Both the position numbers and the translations under genes were made by a program. DNA of 64,000 nt from the NCBI GenBank assembly GCA_964016885.1, contig OZ024745.1, positions 61,504,001 to 61,568,000 on the forward strand. The letters are read 5' to 3'. Below the pieces are notes generated by a model. It had not been told where the DNA came from. It did not search any database and saw only the letters and a list, made by a program, of their open reading frames with translations. The stretch comes from Eledone cirrhosa. Lineage: Eukaryota. Below, one piece after another: positions 57,209 through 64,000 of this stretch; positions within the stretch are counted from its first letter, which is position 1; the number at the start of each line of letters is the position of its first letter.

Positions 57209-59920
57209 ATGTGCATATATGCGTGCGTGTGTGCCTTTGTGTGTATATGTCACTGTGTCTATGTGTCTATGTGTTTGTGTGTATATGTATCTATGTAATT
57301 GTGTCTATGTGTGCATGTGTGTGTATATATATATGTGCATATATGCGTGCGTGTGTGCCTTTGTGTGTATATATATATGCGCATATATGCGTGCGTGTGA
57401 GCCTTTGTGTGTATATGTCACTGTGTCACTGTGTCTATGTGTATATGTATCTATGTATTTGTGTCTATGTGTGCATGTGTGTGTATATATATATGTGCAT
57501 ATATACGTGCGTGTGTGCCTTTGTGTGTATATGTCACTGTGTCTATGTGTCTATGTGTTTGTGTGTATATGTATCTATGTAATTGTGTCTATGTGTGCAT
57601 GTGTGTGTATATATATATGTGCATATATGCGTGCGTGTGTGCCTTTGTGTGTATATATATATGCGCATATATGCGTGCGTGTGAGCCTTTGTGTGTATAT
57701 GTCACTGTGTCACTGTGTCTATGTGTATATGTATCTATGTATTTGTGTCTATGTGTGCATGTGTGTGTATATATATATGTGCATATATACGTGCGTGTGT
57801 GCCTTTGTGTGTATATGTCACTGTGTCTATGTGTATGTGTGTATATGTATCTATGTAATTGTGTCTATGTGTGCATGTGTGTGTATATATATATATATGC
57901 GCATATATGCGTGCGTGTGAGCCTTTGTGTGTATATGTCACTGTGTCTATGTGTATATGTATCTATGTAATTGTGTCTATGTGTGCATGTGTGTGTATAT
58001 ATATATGTGCATATATGCGTGCGTGTGTGCCTTTGTGTGTATATATATATGCGCATATATGCGTGCGTGTGAGCCTTTGTGTGTATATGTCACTGTGTCA
58101 CTGTGTCTATGTGTATATGTATCTATGTATTTGTGTCTATGTGTGCATGTGTGTGTATATATATATATGTGCATATATACGTGCGTGTGTGCCTTTGTGT
58201 GTATATGTCACTGTGTCTATGTGTATGTGTGTATATGTATCTATGTAATTGTGTCTATGTGTGCATGTGTGTGTATATATATATATATGCGCATATATGC
58301 GTGCGTGTGAGCCTTTGTGTGTATATGTCACTGTGTCTATGTGTATATGTATCTATGTAATTGTGTCTATGTGTGCATGTGTGTATATATATATATGTGA
58401 ATATATGCGTGCGTGTGTGCCTTTGTGTGTATATGTCTATGTGTCTATGTGTCTATGTGTATATGTATCTATGTAATTGTGTCTATGTGTGCATGTGTGT
58501 GTATATGTATCTATGTAATTGTGTCTATGTGTGCATGTGTGTATATATATATATGCGCATATATGCGTGCGTGTATGGCTTTGTGTATATATGTCACTGT
58601 GTCTATGTGTTTGTGTGTATATGTATCTATGTAATTGTATCTATGTGTGCATGTGTGTGTATATATATATGCGCATATATGCGTGCGTGTGTGCCTTTGT
58701 GTGTATATGTCACTGTGTCTATGTGTATATGTCACTGTGGCTATGTGTTTGTGTGTATATGTATCTATGTAATTGCGTCTATCTGTGCATGTGTGTGTAT
58801 ATATATATGCGCATATATGCGTGCGTGTGAGCCTTTGTGTGTATATGTCACTGTGTCACTGTGTTTGTGTGTATATGTATCTATGTATTTGTGTCTATGT
58901 GTGCATGTGTGTGTATATATATATGTACATATATGCGTGCGTGTGAGCCTTTGTGTGTGTATGTCACTGTGTCTATGTGTCTGTGTGTATATGTATCTAT
59001 GTATTTGTGTCTATGTGTGCATGTGTGTGTATATATATATGCGCATATATGCGTGCGTGTGTGCCTTTGTGTGTATATCTAATTGTGTCTATGTGTCTAT
59101 GTGTATATGTATCTATGTAATTGTGTCTATGTGTGCATGTGTGTGTATATGTATCTATGTAATTGTGTCTATGTGTGCATGTGTGTGTATATATATATGT
59201 GCATATATGCGTGCGTGTGTGCCTTTGTGTGTATATGTCACTGTGTCTATGTGTTTGTGTGTATATGTATCTATGTAATTGTGTCTATGTGTGCATGTGT
59301 GTGTATATATCACTGTGTCTATGTGTTTGTGTGTATATGTATCTATGTAATTGTGTCTATGTGTGCATGTGTGTGTATATATCACTGTGTCTATGTGTTT
59401 GTGTGTATATGTATCTATGTAATTGTGTCTATGTGTGCATGTGTGTGTATATATATATGCGCATATATGGTGCGTGTGAGCCTTTGTGTGTATATGTCAC
59501 TGTGTCTATGTGTATATGTATCTATGTATTTGTGTCTATGTGTGCATGTGTGTGTATATATATATGTGCATATATGCGTGCGTGTGTGCCTTTGTGTGTA
59601 TATGTCAATGTGTCTATGTGTCTATGTGTATATGTATCTATGTAATTGTGTCTATGTGTGCATGTGTGTATATATATATATGTGAATATATGCGTGCGTG
59701 TGTGCCTTTGTGTGTATATGTCTATGTGTCTATGTGTCTATGTGTATATGTATCTATGTAATTGTGTCTATGTGTGCATGTGTGTGTATATATATATATG
59801 CGCATATATGCGTGCGTGTGTGCCTTTGTGTGTATATGTCACTGTGTCTATGTGTATATGTATCTATGTAATTGTGTCTATGTGTGCATGTGTGTGTATA
59901 TATATATATATGCACATGTA
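57209..59920. repeat. ~2.7-kb TG/TA-derived minisatellite with ~75-bp modules and higher-order repeats
   Basis: Recurring GTATCTATGTAATTGTGTCTATGTGTGCATG and GCGTGCGTGTG(T/A)GCCTTTGTGTG modules. Confidence 0.95.
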
Positions 59921-60083
59921 TTTGCTTCAGGAAAACGGTTTTAATAGAACTAAAATGGAAGCTTTAGTGTGAAACGATAGAAGCTGGTGACAGAAAGAAA
60001 ATAATGGAGGCAGAGAGATATATACAGGAAGATGTGAGAGACGTAGAGATAGAGAGAGGGAGAGAAAGTGAGAGAGAGAGAGG

Positions 60084-60165
<82 letters not shown>

Positions 60166-60448
60166 GAGAGAGAGGGGAAACCAACGGAGAGATTGAGAAG
60201 GGGGAAAGATCACTTTGACTGGTCTCGTGAAACGGTAGATTGCAGCAAAAGAAGTGGACTGTTAGAGTAAACATGCCACTGGCTCTAACCAATCTGGTTT
60301 CTTGTTTACTGAAGTAAAACGATATATCTCAAAAGTCCTGAGTTCAGCACACATACATACACACACACGCAATAAATGTTTTCAACCATTTTGTCATTTT
60401 GTAACACATCAAGAATATCTGCGCACATACACACACATTCACACACAT

Positions 60449-60531
<83 letters not shown>

Positions 60532-60645
60532 CAGAGTATAACAGTTTTAATATAGATGAGATTCTACAGGACTAGAACTGTTTCATTATATATATATATC
60601 AAGAATATATAAAAACAAGCAAACAAGAGGTTGAATTAACATAAA

Positions 60646-60696
60646 GTCCTATTAGTTTCAGTCAACGTGTGGGGCATTTGTCCTTCATCAGGAATA
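60646..60696 (-). ncRNA. Degenerate hammerhead motif
   Basis: TTC-CTGATGA-AGGACAA..TTGACT-GAA-ACTAAT-A-GGA; stems I and III are weak. Confidence 0.4.
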
Positions 60697-61089
60697 ACAG
60701 AGTTTGGATGATAGAAAAAAGACAGAATGAAAAAGGAAAAACGCAAAGAAAATAAAAAAATAAAAATAATAAATAGTTTTAGATTATTTTTTTGAGGGGT
60801 AATGGGTTGAGAGGATTAGTTTTGTCTCGGATTAGGAGATGAACAGACATTGAGTAAGATAATTGTGTTTGTTAGTGTGGTAGTTAGGATGTTTCAGTAT
60901 TTACTGTACTACAGAAAATATGGTAGGAAATATCTAGTAGTTGCAAAATTCAACAGAAATAAGATACTGAAGAAAAGTGCCGCCCGACGAAGTACATCCT
61001 TTCAGTACCAGAATCGTGGGTTGATTTTAAGTATAACATTTTATTACGAGTGTTTTGCAATGTTCTAATTTTGTTTGGCTAGCACGACA

Positions 61090-61320
61090 CATCCAGGTCC
61101 GAATATTTCACCCTCCACATAAAAAAACTAAAGACCAGATATTGCAATGGTTCGAGATTCAAGGGCGCACAACATTTCAACATCGTAACTTCAAATATCT
61201 TCGAGAAGCACCTCAATATTCCCCTGTATAGGATTCCACACGAGCCTACACCATGACAAGAAACATAAATAAGGAGAGAGGCAACAAAATCCCTCATTCC
61301 TCAACAACCAACCAAGGAAA
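61090..61320 (+). pseudogene. CR1-group LINE 3' end remnant
   Basis: TRYCNGSRFKGAQHFNI...FEKHLN..L.RIPHEPT....RREATKSLI resembles CR1/L2-group ORF2 C-termini. Confidence 0.5.
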
Positions 61321-61387
61321 GAGGGGCTATGTAAAGTATAACAATAATAGTGTCTTACCAGCATGGTCGTAGTCCATGGATTGGAAT

Positions 61388-61427
<40 letters not shown>

Positions 61428-61432
61428 ATATG

Positions 61433-61676
61433 TGTACATTTCAGTCCCCTTATGTCTCCTTTTTTTATATTCTTTTATCTAGGAACTCAAATTTCGTGTT
61501 ACACTCTGGACTTTATTTTTGTAGTTCTCTACTCCCGACGAAGGACTAACTTCCGATACGTTGAACTTTCCTGTTTCCTTTCTGAAGCGCAAACCTAAGA
61601 CTATTGTTTTTGTATCTCCGTGTTTATGTTTTCGAACTGTATATATATATATGTACATTTCAGTCCCCTTATGTCT

Positions 61677-61679
<3 letters not shown>
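61433..61679 (+). mobile_element. Short element with degenerate HHR, bracketed by a 28-bp direct repeat
   Basis: TGTACATTTCAGTCCCCTTATGTCTCCT at 61433-61460 and 61652-61679; CCGACGA-AGGA..TCC-GATACGTT at 61535-61562. Confidence 0.5.
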
Positions 61680-61742
<63 letters not shown>

Positions 61743-62609
61743 GTAAACCAAAACTCAGAGAGTTGAGAGGATCCTGTGTTGCATTGGAAAGAGATAAATG
61801 AAAGGAGTAGGGAAAAAAAGAAAAAAAACTGTGAAAAGAATAACAATGAACATTTATATCTTCAATCGACTCTTCTAGCCTTACGGTTTTTCGGCAGGTA
61901 AACAGTCGGGAAACAATAACTTAGAATCTTACCAGGACCATACTTCAAAATTAGGATGTCTAGAATAGAAAAAAATACTTAACTAATTAACTTGAATGTG
62001 GTCCCTACGTTCTACAATCAAATCTCCTAAGGATACCCTTTGTTTGTCATAACTCACTCACGAACAATTAATTAAGTACTAGTGATAAATTTGTTGTTTT
62101 TCATCGAATGTACCAATTCTATTGAGAGAACAAATAAAAAAGCTCTGAATATATTTAATAGAAATCACCATTTGAATATTCGTAGTGCAATGAGTTCGTG
62201 GTAAATGTAATCTGTCGAGCTACATTTAATTCCAGAAATGGATTTAAAGCTGAAATTTAAAGACTGTATTCCAAACAAAGTTTGCTAGCAGCTTACCTCT
62301 TTTTCCCGAATCCTCACCTATATAATATATGAATAATAAATGATCCATTCGGTCTTAATAATGTAGTTCGAGAGATATTCTGCACCTAAGAATAGACGAG
62401 TTGTTTACGGCTCAAATTATTATTTTTTATATTTAAGTTTACCGGACTAAAGAACAACCACAACAACTTGAGTTACCAATATAACTATAAATATGTTCCA
62501 GTTGATTCGTCTAACGGAACACCCTGCTCATGAAATTAACGTGCAAGTGACTGAGCATTCCACAGACACGTGTACTCTTAACGTATTTCTTAGAGAAATT
62601 TAGGGTGAC

Positions 62610-62750
62610 TCATTTTTGCCAGCTGTGTGGACTGGAGCAACGTGAAATAAAGTGTCTTGCTCAAGGACACAACGCGCTATCGGGAATCGGACTCATGACC
62701 TTACGATTGTGAGCCGAATACTCTAACCACAAAGCCACGCGCCTTCACAT
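62610..62750 (-). mobile_element. tRNA-derived CORE-type SINE (family B)
   Basis: Minus strand GTGGCTTTGTGGTTAGAG A-box, GAGTCCGATTCCC B-box, then GTGTCCTTGAGCAAGACACTTTA CORE-like motif. Confidence 0.75.
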
Positions 62751-63719
62751 TAATTAATCAAAAAGAAATCAGTGTGACAGTTACTTTTACATTATATTTC
62801 TTTGTAGCGTTTCCATATGTATTTCAGATACATGTCATAGCCTCAACTTGTTTTTCTTCACATTTCAACAACAAAAGTTTTTATATAATTTAAATTAGCT
62901 TAAAAAATATATAAAAAAAATATCCTTCAATTATTTGAACAAAACTGTCAATCATTTTCTTTCACTGGTTTCTGTTTTTCTTTCACTATATATATCTCCC
63001 TCTTGTTCTTACTTCCACATTCAATCCAGTATTTCTTTCATTTTCCCATTCTTCGTTACAAAAACAAATAAAGAAAGAACTAGCTTTCTTTTTTCTTTAT
63101 TTCATTCTATAATTTCCGTCTCCTTACACAGTGCTTCTTCGATTGTTTTCGTCCACAATTTTCGTTTTACATCATATCGTCTATGATTAACATGGTAACT
63201 GTCAAAACAGACAATGGCATTCCATGCACCCAAACCCCCACAAAAATATCACAATGTTATTATTTTTAAAATATAATATTCCAATAACTTGCAGACTTCT
63301 TTCTATTTTATTTCAATAACTTTGTTATTTTGTTGAATTTGTATTGGTTTGTATTTTTCGATAGAAATAATAGTGACAATCTGGAGGGATATTATAGTCA
63401 ATTGACTAAATCCCCCACCAGTTACATAAATAGTTTTGTGCTAACGAAATATCATCATTTCAATTGAGACTAGTTGTAGTTGAGAAATTGATTCTTGAGG
63501 TGAAGAGTGGTGATATTTGTAGTAAGTGATCTCATGATGTAATAATATAAAGAATGTTACATTACGTGATTTATTCAAGCAAAAATTATTTTCTTGTCTT
63601 GTTTTTCATGTAAATGATTCAGAGGAGAGTGAACGGAACAGTAACACAATGACTATATATTGACAAATACATTTACCCCCCCCCCCCCCCACACACATGT
63701 ATATATATATATATATATA

Positions 63720-63794
63720 TAGGGTGTACCCTAAAAATGTATGCACACTTCAACAGCGTTCTAATCAAAGTGTGAATACATTTTTTACGACGTC

Positions 63795-63800
<6 letters not shown>
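63720..63800. mobile_element. ~80-bp Tc1/mariner-like MITE in (TA)n
   Basis: Imperfect TIRs AGGGTGTACCCTAAAAATGTATGCACACTT / AAGTGTGAATACATTTTTTACGACGTCCTG, with TA flanks. Confidence 0.6.
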
Positions 63801-63856
<56 letters not shown>

Positions 63857-64000
63857 GTGCAAGAAAATTGCGCCCATAGGCGGTATGCCGGGTGAACACT
63901 CGATGCTCGTGCAGAGCAGAGTGTAATAGTGTATAGGAATAAAGGAACAAAGAGTCAGTGTTGCATCACAACATATTTAATAACATATTACATGTAACAT

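Overview
This is AT-rich, microsatellite-saturated eukaryotic DNA, intergenic or intronic. The SINE content looks like a coleoid cephalopod, probably Octopus (inference, not verified). I cannot support any intact host gene; almost all long ORFs in the track are translations of (TA)n, (CA)n, (GA)n, (GGT)n and similar repeats. Recognisable elements are more than 15 copies of a tRNA-derived SINE, a CORE-type SINE, decayed or truncated non-LTR retrotransposons (CR1/Jockey-like, RTE, L1/Tx1, R4/Dong, Vingi, CRE, Penelope-like RT), non-autonomous Helitrons and a Tc1-like MITE. The main observation is a set of minimal hammerhead-ribozyme (HHR) elements sitting in (TA)n tracts. (i) A ~560-bp x3.3 tandem array plus a diverged ~525-bp relative (34.4-37.0 kb) carries one complete HHR per monomer, with a compensatory base-pair change between the subfamilies; this looks like a retrozyme or Penelope pseudo-LTR. 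(ii) About eight further dispersed HHR or HHR-variant motifs occur, several followed by AATAAA, a short tail and (TA)n. (iii) Many fold-back palindromes and inverted duplications are bounded by (TA)n, and several have breakpoints in or next to the ribozyme. All motifs were read by eye; no folding software or database search was run.
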